A stretch of 64,000 nucleotides of DNA. It comes from an uncultured Chloroflexia bacterium. Lineage in GTDB: Bacteria > Chloroflexota > Dehalococcoidia > DSTF01 > JACRBR01. Shown in pieces: positions 28,979 to 38,949 of this stretch. The notes below the pieces were generated by a model, which saw only the letters and a list, made by a program, of their open reading frames with translations, was not told the origin of the DNA and made no database searches. The position numbers were made by a program, and so were the translations under genes. The stretch is from contig CAWJLO010000008.1 in assembly GCA_963843685.1 (NCBI GenBank), positions 202,027-266,026 on the forward strand. The letters are read 5' to 3'. How positions within the stretch are numbered: position 1 is the stretch's first letter; each line of letters starts with the position of its first letter.

Positions 28979-29009
28979 CGCGCGACGACTCTCCCGTTGC
29001 CGTTCCTCC

Positions 29010-29603
29010 GTGCTGATTGACCTGCACACGCACACCAAGGTGAATTCGGCGTGCAGCGCTCTCACTCCGGAAGCGCTGGTACGTGCCGCGCGAGCGCGAG
29101 GGCTCGACGGCGTCTGCATCACCGAGCACGATGCGTTGTGGCCGCGCGCTGAGGCGGAGCGCGTGTCGCGCGAGACGGAGTTCCTCGTACTGCGCGGGAT
29201 GGAGGTTACGACGGAGGTTGGCCACGTGCTCGTATTCGGACTGGACTCGCATCTGCCCTCGATGGCCGCGCTTGGTGAGCTGCATCGGATCGTGCGGGCG
29301 GAGGGGGCGCTGATGTACCTCGCGCACCCCAGCCGACGCTACGGATCCCTGCCGCCTGATGACCTGGCGTCGATGTTCGACTCTGTCGAGGTGCAGAATG
29401 GAACAGAGGGTCTGTTGCAGAACGAGAACGCTGCACATCTCGCTCGCGGGCTGCCGCTGCCGGGAATCGGGGGCAGCGATTGCCACGGCGTTCGGGAAGT
29501 GGGAAGCTGCGCGACCGAGTTCAACGCCAGGATCATCGATCAAACCACGTTTATCGACGCGCTGCGCTCGGGAGCGTACCACGCTCGCCGGTTGCGGCAG
29601 TGA
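29010..29603 (+). CDS. PHP-domain metal-dependent phosphoesterase.
   Basis: LIDLHTHT N-terminal PHP motif, then ITEHD and GGSDCHG. Confidence 0.8.
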   Translation: MLIDLHTHTKVNSACSALTPEALVRAARARGLDGVCITEHDALWPRAEAERVSRETEFLVLRGMEVTTEVGHVLVFGLDSHLPSMAALGELHRIVRAEGALMYLAHPSRRYGSLPPDDLASMFDSVEVQNGTEGLLQNENAAHLARGLPLPGIGGSDCHGVREVGSCATEFNARIIDQTTFIDALRSGAYHARRLRQ

Positions 29604-29717
29604 TGCGGTGCGCGGAACGAGAATTGAGCTTGCGATCAGATTGGGTGTAGGAAAACGCCGACGAGCATGGTAGCCTAGCGAGCAAGTGGTGCGAGGGCGG
29701 GGACAAGGAGGTCACGG

Positions 29718-30872
29718 ATGGCGCACTACGACATCTCGCGACGTACCATCAATCGACGGCGGTTCCTGATCAGCGCGAGCGTGACGGCCGGCGCCGCTGC
29801 TGTGACGCTCGCGAATACGCAGTGCGACCCCGCGCTGATCCGAAGAATCCAACAGGCGAAGACGGCGACTCCACCGAAGCATCTCGTCTGGGTGTGGCAG
29901 TTCTCCGCAGACGGGTCGGCAGGCCAGATCGCGTCGTCGCTTCGGGCAAAGCGGCTTGGCGTCATCGTCAAGACGCACGACGGCGTCGAGTGGATGTCGA
30001 AGTACGATCACTCGTCGGATGCGATCAGCGGACCGAACCAGGTGCGCAAGATCGCCACGCAGTTCGAGCAGGCCGGTGTGCCATTCCATGCGTGGGCCGT
30101 GCTCAAGGGGGTGGACCCAGCGCAGGAGGCACAGATGGCCGCCGACGTGCTGGCGGCAGGCGCGCGCAGCCTCGTGCTGGACCTGGAGGGTTCGTCGGGT
30201 TTCTGGGTGGGGAGCGCCACGGACGCAACGCGCTTCGGCACGGAGCTGCGGACACGCACACCGTTCGGGCGGGTTGATCTCTCCATCGACCCGCGCCCGT
30301 GGCGCATCAACCTAGTGCCGATGCCAGAGCTGGTGGCGGCGACGGATGGAATCTGGCCGCAGCTCTATTGGGACACGTTCGACACGCCGGACAACGTCAG
30401 CCGCTACACGTCGAGCGGCTACCCCCCTCCCGGCGGGAGCATCACCCCGAGCTTTCTGATGGACGCCACGTCGAACGTGCTGGCCGCGTACGACCGCCCC
30501 ATGATTCCTGTTGGACAGGGTGCCGCTTCCGATCCATCGACGTGGCCGCCGTTCGCGCACGACGCGTGGGCGGCGAAGACGCCGTTCTTGTCCGTCTGGC
30601 GGTACGGCGTGACACGGGAGGAAACGCTTACGTACCTCGGCAACAATCCGCCCGGTCAGGAACCGACCGCGCCGCCGCCGACCGCAACGCCGACGGGGAC
30701 GCGCTCACCGACGCCGTCGCCGACACGCACGGTACGTCCGACGCGCACGCCATCGGCGACGCACACGGCGACGCCCACGCCGACCGGCACCGCGACGCGC
30801 ACGCCGACTCCGCAGCCGAGTGCGACGCGGACGTCGACGGCCACGCCGACAGCGGCAACGGCGACCCCGTAG
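29718..30872 (+). CDS. Tat-secreted hypothetical protein with a C-terminal Pro/Thr-rich low-complexity tail.
   Basis: Twin-arginine signal SRRTINRRRFLISASVTAGAAA. The ~300-aa globular domain has an unclear family. The last ~70 aa are TPTxT repeats. Confidence 0.7.
   Translation: MAHYDISRRTINRRRFLISASVTAGAAAVTLANTQCDPALIRRIQQAKTATPPKHLVWVWQFSADGSAGQIASSLRAKRLGVIVKTHDGVEWMSKYDHSSDAISGPNQVRKIATQFEQAGVPFHAWAVLKGVDPAQEAQMAADVLAAGARSLVLDLEGSSGFWVGSATDATRFGTELRTRTPFGRVDLSIDPRPWRINLVPMPELVAATDGIWPQLYWDTFDTPDNVSRYTSSGYPPPGGSITPSFLMDATSNVLAAYDRPMIPVGQGAASDPSTWPPFAHDAWAAKTPFLSVWRYGVTREETLTYLGNNPPGQEPTAPPPTATPTGTRSPTPSPTRTVRPTRTPSATHTATPTPTGTATRTPTPQPSATRTSTATPTAATATP
30660..30870 (+). repeat. Low-complexity ACGCCGAC-type coding repeat (the Pro/Thr linker) inside the Tat-secreted protein gene.
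   Basis: Reiterated gacgccgac/acgcgcacgcc units encoding TPTPT... Confidence 0.6.
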
Positions 30873-30908
30873 GGTGAGGGAGAGCGCTCTGACGGTAGAT
30901 GCGCGAGC

Positions 30909-31154
30909 CTAGCGATCCCGCCAGGTCGCGAGCTCATCCGGCATCGGCCGAAAGCGGCCCGTAGACGCCGCGGCGGCGGCCGGACTGAGCTGGTAGCGGC
31001 GAAAGCAACGCGTGCAGCGGTGGATGGATACGATGCCGCCGAGAGAGTGGCGCACGACGGCACCTCCGCAGCCTGGAACCAGGCAGACGGCGGGCTGCAC
31101 ATCGACTTCGAGCACAGTGCGCCCGTCGGGGATCGGAGCGGGGGCGTGCATCAC
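30909..31154 (-). CDS. Putative small zinc-ribbon protein (81 aa).
   Basis: Cys pairs CLVPGC and CTRC. High GC3. Weak AGGA SD. It is intergenic between two + strand genes. Confidence 0.35.
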   Translation of the reverse strand: MMHAPAPIPDGRTVLEVDVQPAVCLVPGCGGAVVRHSLGGIVSIHRCTRCFRRYQLSPAAAAASTGRFRPMPDELATWRDR

Positions 31155-31296
31155 GCGGCGATCCTAACGGATCAAGGTCGCTGTGCAAGCGATGATCGAG
31201 TTGACCAGGCGGAGTTTAACGATCCGTTAATGCGATCTGGTCTGTAGCACGACCGGCGCACACAATTCCGCTGTCAGACGTGATTGGGGAGGCACC

Positions 31297-32535
31297 ATGC
31301 CAGCAGGTCGTCTGGGGATCGGCTTCGTCGGGGCCGGCTTCATGAACCGGTTCCACGTCGCGAGCCTCATCGGCGTGCGCGACTGCGACGTGACGGGCGT
31401 CTTCAGCCCCACGCGGGCACACGCGGATGAGCTGGCCGCAACGTCTCGTGGCCTGGGGCTTGGCGACGCGGCCATCCACACATCGATCACGGACCTCGTG
31501 GCAGACCCGCACGTCGACGCGCTGTGGATCGCCTCGACGAACGATACCCGCGTAACGGTCGTCGAGGAGATCGTCGATGCGCTGCAAAGCGGCCGGGGCG
31601 AACTCGTCGGGTTGGCGTGTGAGAAGCCGCTCGCGCGCAACCTCGCCGAGGCGCGGAGGATGCTGGAGCTGGTCGAATCGACGCCGCTTCTGCACGGCTA
31701 CCTTGAGAACCAAGTGTTTGAGCCCGCAGTCGTGCGTGGCAAGGAGATCATCTGGCGGCGGGCGGTGCCGCTGGCGGGGCGGCCGTACCTCGCGCGGGCA
31801 GCCGAGGAGCACAGCGGGCCGCACATGCCCTGGTTCTGGAGCGGCGAGCGTCAGGGTGGGGGCGTCCTCAACGACATGCTTTGCCACAGCTACGAGGTGG
31901 CGCGCCACCTGCTCACGTCGCCGAATGAGCCGCGGGATTCGTTGCGCGTCGAAGAAGTGAACGCGCAGATCGCGTCACTCAAGTGGACGCGGCCGGAGTA
32001 CGTCGAGCTGCTCAAGGAGATGTCGGGCGGCCGGATTGACTACGGCAGAGCGCCGGCCGAGGACTTCGCGCGCGCAGCCGTATCGCTCCGGGCTCCGGGC
32101 GGTGAGCGGCTGCTGGTCGAGGCGACGACGTCGTGGAGCTTCGTCGGCCCAGCGTTGCGGCTGCGCGCGGAGCTGCTGGGGCCGGAGTACGCGATGCAGG
32201 TGGACAGCCTGAGCACGGACCTGACCGTGTTTCTGGGCCGGAAGGTGCGCGGTGAGGCGGGCGAAGATCTCGTCGAAAAGCAGAACGCCGAGCAGGGGCT
32301 GATGCCCGTGATCGCGGACGAGCCCGGCGTATATGGCTACACGAACGAGAACCGGCACATGGTGCAGGCGTTTCTCGCGGGACGGATGCCTGATGAGAAT
32401 TGGCGCGACGGCGTCGCCGTGACCGAAGTTCTGATGGCGTGCTACAAGTCCGCCGAAGAGGGACGCACCGTGCCGTTTCCCGTCGAGCTCGGCGACTTCG
32501 TTCCGGCGGTAGCCCGCGGCGCGTGGCAGGGCTGA
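31297..32535 (+). CDS. Gfo/Idh/MocA family oxidoreductase.
   Basis: N-terminal Rossmann motif GIGFVGAGFM, EKPLA motif, GGGAGG SD. Confidence 0.85.
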   Translation: MPAGRLGIGFVGAGFMNRFHVASLIGVRDCDVTGVFSPTRAHADELAATSRGLGLGDAAIHTSITDLVADPHVDALWIASTNDTRVTVVEEIVDALQSGRGELVGLACEKPLARNLAEARRMLELVESTPLLHGYLENQVFEPAVVRGKEIIWRRAVPLAGRPYLARAAEEHSGPHMPWFWSGERQGGGVLNDMLCHSYEVARHLLTSPNEPRDSLRVEEVNAQIASLKWTRPEYVELLKEMSGGRIDYGRAPAEDFARAAVSLRAPGGERLLVEATTSWSFVGPALRLRAELLGPEYAMQVDSLSTDLTVFLGRKVRGEAGEDLVEKQNAEQGLMPVIADEPGVYGYTNENRHMVQAFLAGRMPDENWRDGVAVTEVLMACYKSAEEGRTVPFPVELGDFVPAVARGAWQG

Positions 32536-32545
32536 CCCGGCGCGG

Positions 32546-33589
32546 TCAGGCCGGCTCGACAGCCACTTCGCGCCCCTCATCCGACGAGCGGTAGGCGGCT
32601 TCGATGATCCGCTGCACGTTGATGGTCTCCCTCCGCGCGACGATCGGCTGCTCCTGCCCGGCAACGACGCGGAGCCAGTGCCGCATCTCGCCCTCGTACG
32701 AATTCATCTGCTGGATCTGGAGCTTCTCATCGGCCGGGATGCCAGCATGATTTCGGTAGACCATCGCCGGGACGGTTGTCGCGCCCGCTTCCGTGCCGAC
32801 GACGCGCACGGAAAAGCTCTCTGCGTCGATGTGGGTGGCCCATGACGTGCGGAGCAGCAGCGTCGCCCCGTTTGCGAAGTGCACCAGCGCCACGGCGAAG
32901 TCCTCGACATCGAACTTCTCCGGATCCCAGGCGTTCCGCAGCTGCTTGGCGATCTCCGGGCGCGTGCCGAACTTACGCTCGGTCTTCGCGGAGACGCGGA
33001 CGGGATCAGGGTTGCCCATGAGCCAAACGGCCAGGTCGAGCATGTGAACGCCGACGTCGAGCAGCGCCCCGCCGTGCGACATCTCCTTACGGTGGAACGC
33101 GCCCCAAGTGGGGATACCCATACGGCGCATCGCCGTGGCCTCGCCGTAATAGATCTCGCCCAGATCGCCGGTATCGACGACGCGGCGGATGGCGCGCGAG
33201 CCGGCGTCCCAGCGCCAGTTCTGCGCGGCCATGAGCGCGCGGCCCGCCTTCTCGGCGGCGTCGAACATCTCGCGCGCCTCGCCGACGCTCGTCGCCAGCG
33301 GTTTCTCGCAGATGACGTTCGCGCCGGCCTGCAGCGCGAAGAGCGTCGGCTCGCGATGGAGGACATTTGGCAGGCAGACGCTGACGCTGTCCGGCTTCTC
33401 CGTTTCGATCATCTCACGATAGTCGGCGTAGACCTTTGGAATGCCGTACTGCGCGGCCAGGCGGTTCGCGGGCTCCGGGTTGAGATCACAGATCGCGGCT
33501 ACGGGGGCGTTCGCGGCCTTGAAGCCCGGCAAGTGACCGACGCGCGCCGCAAACCCCGCGCCGATGACGACGATCTTCGGGGCGGTCAC
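32546..33589 (-). CDS. Gfo/Idh/MocA family oxidoreductase.
   Basis: The GTG start overlaps the stop of the upstream isomerase gene (GTGA). Motifs VIGAGFAARVGHLPG and EKPLA. Confidence 0.85.
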   Translation of the reverse strand: MTAPKIVVIGAGFAARVGHLPGFKAANAPVAAICDLNPEPANRLAAQYGIPKVYADYREMIETEKPDSVSVCLPNVLHREPTLFALQAGANVICEKPLATSVGEAREMFDAAEKAGRALMAAQNWRWDAGSRAIRRVVDTGDLGEIYYGEATAMRRMGIPTWGAFHRKEMSHGGALLDVGVHMLDLAVWLMGNPDPVRVSAKTERKFGTRPEIAKQLRNAWDPEKFDVEDFAVALVHFANGATLLLRTSWATHIDAESFSVRVVGTEAGATTVPAMVYRNHAGIPADEKLQIQQMNSYEGEMRHWLRVVAGQEQPIVARRETINVQRIIEAAYRSSDEGREVAVEPA

Positions 33590-34377
33590 TGGAGGCGCTC
33601 CAGCAGCGCCTTGCACGCGAGTATGCCGTCACGCTCCGGCAAACGTTCGCCTTCGTACTCAATTCCGACGGAGCCGCGGTAGCCTGCCTCGTCAACGATG
33701 CCCATCATCCGGCCGAAATCGATCTTCGTCTCGTTGCCGCGCTCGTCGAAGTCGTAGCACTTGGCGCTCACGGCCTTGGCACGGGGCATCATGCGGCGGA
33801 CGGCGTCGTAGCGGTCGACGGTGTCGGGGAAGTTTCCGAAGTCCGGGAGCGTGCCGAAGCGCGGATGGTCGACGCGGGCCATGAGCTCCATCAGCCACGC
33901 CGGATCGGACGAGAGGCCCCAGTGGTTCTCGATGAGGACGTTGATGCCCGACGCGTCGGCGTATTCGACGAGAGCGGCGAAACTCTCGGCGCAGCGGTCG
34001 AGCGCGTCTGCATCCCCCTCCTGCGCGCCCGTGTTGCACCGGATCGAGTGGCATCCGAGGACGGCAGCGATATCGACCCATTTGTGGTGATTCTTCGCGG
34101 CCTGCATACGGCTGGCACGCTCAGGCCCGGCCATGCTGCCCTCCCCGTCGCACATGATGAGGAGGATCTCGACGCCGGCGTCCTCGGCACGCTTGCGGAG
34201 TTGCTTCAGGTAGGCGTACTGCGGGGAGGGGAAGAAGGTGTTGACCAGTTCGAGCGCACCGATGCCGACGTCGTGGCAGAGATCGACCATGCCGAGCTGG
34301 TCGATCTCCTTCGCAAAGAACATGCGGTGCATCGACCAAGCGGCCAGTGAGACGTCGAACTTCTTCGGGTCAGCCAT
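33586..34377 (-). CDS. Sugar phosphate isomerase/epimerase (xylose isomerase-like TIM barrel).
   Basis: 263 aa with AP-endonuclease-2/TIM-barrel-like sequence (INVLIENHWG, GIEYEG). Confidence 0.8.
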   Translation of the reverse strand: MADPKKFDVSLAAWSMHRMFFAKEIDQLGMVDLCHDVGIGALELVNTFFPSPQYAYLKQLRKRAEDAGVEILLIMCDGEGSMAGPERASRMQAAKNHHKWVDIAAVLGCHSIRCNTGAQEGDADALDRCAESFAALVEYADASGINVLIENHWGLSSDPAWLMELMARVDHPRFGTLPDFGNFPDTVDRYDAVRRMMPRAKAVSAKCYDFDERGNETKIDFGRMMGIVDEAGYRGSVGIEYEGERLPERDGILACKALLERLQ

Positions 34378-34452
34378 CGGATGCCCCTCCCGCGAAACGA
34401 ACGTGCGGAAGCGTACGCGATCGGGGCGTAAGGGTGAAGCCAGGGAGTGACG

Positions 34453-35154
34453 CTAGCTGAGCCGGGCCTGCACCGCGTCACTTCGGAGCTCGCGAAGGGC
34501 GTCGCGGGCGATCCAGCGACCGGCACGCGTGTCCGTCGCGAGGATCTGCTCGGCCGTCTTGATGGCGGCGGCGTTGAGGCGACGGTTGCGTTTGCCGATC
34601 TGGCGGAGCGCCCAGTTGACCGCCTTCTTGACGAAGTTCCGGTCGTCGCCCGACTCGCGCAGAATTACGGGCAGGAACTGGAGCAGGCTGGCGTCCGGCG
34701 CCTTCTTGTCGTGGACGGCGAGGGCCGCCATCAACACGAAGCCGGCGCGTTTCACGTACTCGCGCCTCGCCGCGCTCCACTGAAACGCCTTGTCGTAGGC
34801 GAACGGGGTCTTGTCGAAGAGCACGCTGCAGCAACCGTCGACGACGTCCCAGGAGTCGAAGTCAGCGGCCCAGCGGTCCATCTGGCGCCGCGTCACCTTC
34901 GCTGAATCGTCAACCATGGCCGCGAGGATGCGTGCCTCGTGGATGCCGCTGTCCCAGAGTTCGAGGGCAAGCGCATGGTTGCGGCCCAGGCGTTTCGCCA
35001 GGGCGCGCAGCGTCGGGATGGAGATGCCGAGCGTGTTGTTCGAACTGATGCCGTAGCGGGTCATGCCCTCGACGTTGCGCGGGTTCGCCTGCGAGCGCAG
35101 CTCCGCAATGACGGCGGCCACATCCATTGGCTCAGGGTACACGCGACGACGCAT
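34453..35154 (-). CDS. DNA alkylation repair enzyme (AlkD/AlkC-like HEAT-repeat glycosylase).
   Basis: HEAT-like repeats and sequence typical of the DNA alkylation repair family (ELWDSGIHEARILA, WALRQIGKRN). Confidence 0.7.
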   Translation of the reverse strand: MRRRVYPEPMDVAAVIAELRSQANPRNVEGMTRYGISSNNTLGISIPTLRALAKRLGRNHALALELWDSGIHEARILAAMVDDSAKVTRRQMDRWAADFDSWDVVDGCCSVLFDKTPFAYDKAFQWSAARREYVKRAGFVLMAALAVHDKKAPDASLLQFLPVILRESGDDRNFVKKAVNWALRQIGKRNRRLNAAAIKTAEQILATDTRAGRWIARDALRELRSDAVQARLS

Positions 35155-35169
35155 TGGAGCGCCCGGCAG

Positions 35170-37026
35170 CTACTGCCTGCGGGCGAGGCGGGCCCGGTCG
35201 ACCTGGGCGAGGGCACGCTTCCTGAGACGCAGGCTCGCCGGCGTCACCTCCAACATCTCGTCATCGCCGATCCACTCCAGCGCCTGCTCCAGCGACAGCC
35301 TGCGCACAGGCATGAGCTGGATGGCGATGTCCGACGTCGACGAGCGGATGTTGGTGAGCTTCTTCTCTTTGGTGATGTTGACGTTGATGTCGGACTCGCG
35401 GGCGTTCTCGCCGACGACCATGCCCTCATAGACCTGATCGCCGGGTTCCACGAACATCTCGCCTCGCTCCTGCGCGTTCTCGATCGCGTATCCCGTGACC
35501 TTGCCGTTGCGGTCAGCGACGAGCGCGCCGGTGATCCTGTGTTCGATCTCGCCCTGCCACGGCTCGTATCCGTCGAAGAGGTGGTTGAGGAGGCCGGTGC
35601 CGCGGGTATCGGTGAGGAACTGGCTACGGAAGCCGATCAGGCCCCGTGAGGGGATGCGGAACTCCAGGCGGACGCGGCCAGTGCCGTGGTTCACCATGTT
35701 GAGCATGCGGCCCTTTCGGATCGAGAGCTTCTGAGTGACGATGCCGACGTAGTCCTCGGGACAATCGACGACCAGGTGCTCCATCGGCTCGTGGCGCGCG
35801 CCATCAATCTCGCGTGTGATCACCTCTGGCTTGCTCACTGACAGTTCGTAGCCCTCGCGCCGCATCATCTCGATCAGGATGGCCATCTGGAGCTCGCCGC
35901 GGCCGGAGACCTTGAAGCTGTCCGTCGACTGGACTTCCTCGACGTGCAGCGCGACGTTGGTGAGGATCTCCCGCTGGAGGCGGTCACGCAGGTTGCGCGA
36001 CGTGACGAACTGGCCCTCTCGGCCGGCGAAGGGCGACGTATTGATGGAAAACATCATGCTCACCGTGGGTTCATCAACGGTGACGCGAGGCAGCGCGCGA
36101 GGATCGTCGGGGTCGGTGATAGTGTCGCCGATGTTGACCTCGTCAAAGCCGGCGAGCGCGACGATGTCGCCGGGGCCCGCCTCCGGCACCTCCACCCGCT
36201 CGAGGCCTTCGAATGCGTAGAGGTACGTGACACGTGCCCGGCCGACGCTGCCGTCTTCGCGCACGACACCGACGTCTCCCTTCGCGCGGACGTTGCCGTT
36301 CACGATGCGGCCAACGGCGAGGCGTCCAACAAACTCGGAGTAGTCAAGGTTCAACACCAGCATCTGCAGCGGGATGCCGGGGTGATAGGCAGGCGCGGGA
36401 ATGTTGCGAATGATCTCGTCGAAGAGCGGCTTGAGCTGGTGGTCCTCACCTTCCGGCGTGAGGCGACAGATGCCTTCGCGGGCGATGGTGTACAGCACGG
36501 GGAAATCGAGTTGGTCTTCGCGCGCGTCGAGGTCGATGAACAGGTCATAAATCTCGTTCAGCACCTCCTGGGTTCGCGCGTCCTTGCGATCGATCTTGTT
36601 GATCACGACGATCGGCGGCAGGCCGAGCTCGAGCGCCTTCTTCAGCACGAAGCGCGTCTGCGGCAGCGGGCCCTCGCTGGCGTCGACGAGCAGCAACACG
36701 CCGTCAACCATCTTGAGGGTCCGTTCAACCTCGCCGCCAAAATCAGCGTGCCCCGGCGTGTCGACGATGTTGATCTTGTACCGGCCGAACCGGACGGACG
36801 TGTTCTTGGCGAGGATCGTGATGCCCTTCTCGCGCTCGAGGTCGTTCGAGTCCATGACGCGCTCGACGACTTCCTGGTTCTCGCGGAAGACACCGCTTTG
36901 CCACAGCATGGCGTCGACCAGCGTCGTCTTGCCATGGTCGACGTGCGCGATGATGGCGATGTTGCGGATATCGTCGCGGACGGCGGAAGTCTGCTCCGCG
37001 GCGCTCGTCGTCTGGGGGTGGCTCAT
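35170..37026 (-). CDS. typA: Translational GTPase TypA/BipA.
   Basis: G1 [10 protein letters not shown]3 DTPGHADF, and an EF-G-like domain order. Confidence 0.9.
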   Translation of the reverse strand: MSHPQTTSAAEQTSAVRDDIRNIAIIAHVDHGKTTLVDAMLWQSGVFRENQEVVERVMDSNDLEREKGITILAKNTSVRFGRYKINIVDTPGHADFGGEVERTLKMVDGVLLLVDASEGPLPQTRFVLKKALELGLPPIVVINKIDRKDARTQEVLNEIYDLFIDLDAREDQLDFPVLYTIAREGICRLTPEGEDHQLKPLFDEIIRNIPAPAYHPGIPLQMLVLNLDYSEFVGRLAVGRIVNGNVRAKGDVGVVREDGSVGRARVTYLYAFEGLERVEVPEAGPGDIVALAGFDEVNIGDTITDPDDPRALPRVTVDEPTVSMMFSINTSPFAGREGQFVTSRNLRDRLQREILTNVALHVEEVQSTDSFKVSGRGELQMAILIEMMRREGYELSVSKPEVITREIDGARHEPMEHLVVDCPEDYVGIVTQKLSIRKGRMLNMVNHGTGRVRLEFRIPSRGLIGFRSQFLTDTRGTGLLNHLFDGYEPWQGEIEHRITGALVADRNGKVTGYAIENAQERGEMFVEPGDQVYEGMVVGENARESDINVNITKEKKLTNIRSSTSDIAIQLMPVRRLSLEQALEWIGDDEMLEVTPASLRLRKRALAQVDRARLARRQ

Positions 37027-37194
37027 CCTTCTCCTTCATGCGGTCGCGCGGACAGACGCCATCGATTGCGCGTGCGCACGCCGGTGGATTCGTAGCAGCT
37101 TCGCGGGGATCCGGCTATAGGGGGAACGGAGGAACCGCGGTCGCCATACAGTGCATCGATCATACCAGATGCGATTGGCACCTGCCGCAGTCAA

Positions 37195-37653
37195 TCACCG
37201 CAGCGTGGTCGCGCCACTGTAAGGGCCGCCGGGCGCCCACATGTTCCAGTGCGCTGCCGCGGCCCACGCCTGCGCGGCGTTGGCCCAATCGAGGTATTTG
37301 GCGTTATCACCGTAGTAGGCGGCCTTCGCTAGGCCGACGTACACCATGACAATGGAGATGTTGTACTCGGCGCCATCACTGCCGACGACGATCGGCGCAG
37401 CGAGATCACGTCCGTAACGGTCAACGCGTACGGCGTCGTAGTCGAGGCGGGCCTCGGTGCCCGGGGGAAGAAAGATGTTGTTGAGCGCGGCCTTCGCCCA
37501 TTGGCCTCCGCAATCGCTCAGCTCCTGGGCGTTGATCTGGAGCATGCGGACGTGCTTGCCGCCGATGCAGACGAAGGTATCACCGTCGATCACGCGTTCG
37601 ACGGTGCAGGTCGTCGGCGCGGCTTGCGCCTGACGCGGGGCACGCGCGAACAC
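37195..37653 (-). CDS. Thermonuclease (SNase-like) family protein.
   Basis: VIDGDTF motif and a TNase-like core. The in-frame upstream sequence looks like a signal peptide but lacks a canonical start codon. Confidence 0.7.
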   Translation of the reverse strand: MFARAPRQAQAAPTTCTVERVIDGDTFVCIGGKHVRMLQINAQELSDCGGQWAKAALNNIFLPPGTEARLDYDAVRVDRYGRDLAAPIVVGSDGAEYNISIVMVYVGLAKAAYYGDNAKYLDWANAAQAWAAAAHWNMWAPGGPYSGATTLR

Positions 37654-37778
37654 GGGCCAGACAAGGACGGCGGCGAGCGCAACGGCCGGCAGCGTCCATG
37701 GTCGGAAGGGGCCCTGCTTCCAGATCGGCGCGCGGCACCGCTGGTCGTCGGCATCTGGCCGCTCAGTCGGGCGTCTCG

Positions 37779-38306
37779 CTAGTCTTTCCAGATCGGGTAC
37801 TGCTGGGCACGGCGGAGCCGGAAGTCCGTCTCGGGGAGGCGGAATCCCAGCGCCCGAACTTTCTTCAGCGTCGCCTCGGCCTGCTTGCGCTCGGTCGCAT
37901 TCAGGGCCGCCTGGAAGAGCTCCCCGTACAACTCTTTCGTGATCTGCACGACCTCTTCGGCGATCTTGCGGCCCGACGGGGTCAGCTCAAGTCCGACGGC
38001 ACGGCGGTCGTCAGGATCGGGCTGCCGCTGCACCCATCCGCGCCCTTCGATGCGATGCAGGATGCCGGTGATGCTCTGCGTCTCCTGGAACAGCAACGTC
38101 GCGACTGCGCTTGGCTTGATCGGCTCGGACGAGAACATGAGGACCACGAGCACGCGTGCCTGCGAGGCGGAGACGCCGAGGTGATAGATGCGGCGCTCCA
38201 GGAGCTTCCACGACATCCAGTACACCTCACTGACGAGCGCCCATGGCATCATCGCCGGATCCATGAATGTCGGTGCAGACGCGGACGGCTGCGAACGCTT
38301 AGGCAT
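37779..38306 (-). CDS. MarR-family transcriptional regulator.
   Basis: wHTH (SASQARVLVVL...ITGILHRIEGRGWVQR). Confidence 0.8.
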   Translation of the reverse strand: MPKRSQPSASAPTFMDPAMMPWALVSEVYWMSWKLLERRIYHLGVSASQARVLVVLMFSSEPIKPSAVATLLFQETQSITGILHRIEGRGWVQRQPDPDDRRAVGLELTPSGRKIAEEVVQITKELYGELFQAALNATERKQAEATLKKVRALGFRLPETDFRLRRAQQYPIWKD

Positions 38307-38420
38307 GTTCAGGGCCTCCTTCAGCGATCAACCCTCATCGCATGGTCGATATGGCCGGCGTCTCAACCTTACCGCTGAGTGGTTCGCCGATCAGCGGTCG
38401 CCCAGGTCCGCGGCCGGCGC

Positions 38421-38498
<78 letters not shown>

Positions 38499-38604
38499 GC
38501 GATCCGCGCCAGTGTATCACTACGATCCTGCGCCTTCGATTGGGGGTGCGCCAGCCGATCTCGCGAGCGATGTCAACCGCACGACGCGCATCGGCGCGAC
38601 GTGC

Positions 38605-38820
38605 TCATCGCGCGGGCGCGGCGACGTTCTGCCTCTTGCTCGCTCGTGGCGTTGCGGTCAGGAGCGGCAACCTTCGCTCCGGGAAGGTGGCGGGTACGAC
38701 GGGCATTCCCATGAACGAGGTCGCCGCAAGTGCGGAGAACGGCTCCGGGACGGCTTCGTGCAGCTGCTCGGCGAGGGAGACCATGCGCTCCAGGGCGATC
38801 TGCTTGTTCAGGATCAGCAT
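38605..38820 (-). CDS. Possible small hypothetical protein (~71 aa).
   Basis: GC3-biased frame MLILNKQIALERMVSLAEQLHEAVPEPF... It has no clear SD and the C-terminal third is low-complexity. Confidence 0.25.
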   Translation of the reverse strand: MLILNKQIALERMVSLAEQLHEAVPEPFSALAATSFMGMPVVPATFPERRLPLLTATPRASKRQNVAAPAR

Positions 38821-38949
38821 CGCCGGGGACTTTCGCCGCCGGGGCGACGCGCCGCCATGCGGGAGAGCCCTTAGCCGAGGGGGAGATCGCATGGGGACGG
38901 CGGGGGGTTATCGCGCGCTAAGGATTGGGTGAATCTGACGGCTGCGACG

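Noticed and set aside
26906-29122. 738-aa minus-strand ORF antisense to the M20 peptidase and HBD genes.
   Set aside because: Arg/Pro/His-rich low-complexity translation typical of an antisense GC-rich frame. The sense-strand genes have clear family motifs.
31216-31908. 230-aa minus ORF inside the MocA oxidoreductase gene.
   Set aside because: Antisense artefact. The sense gene has clear Rossmann and EKPLA motifs.
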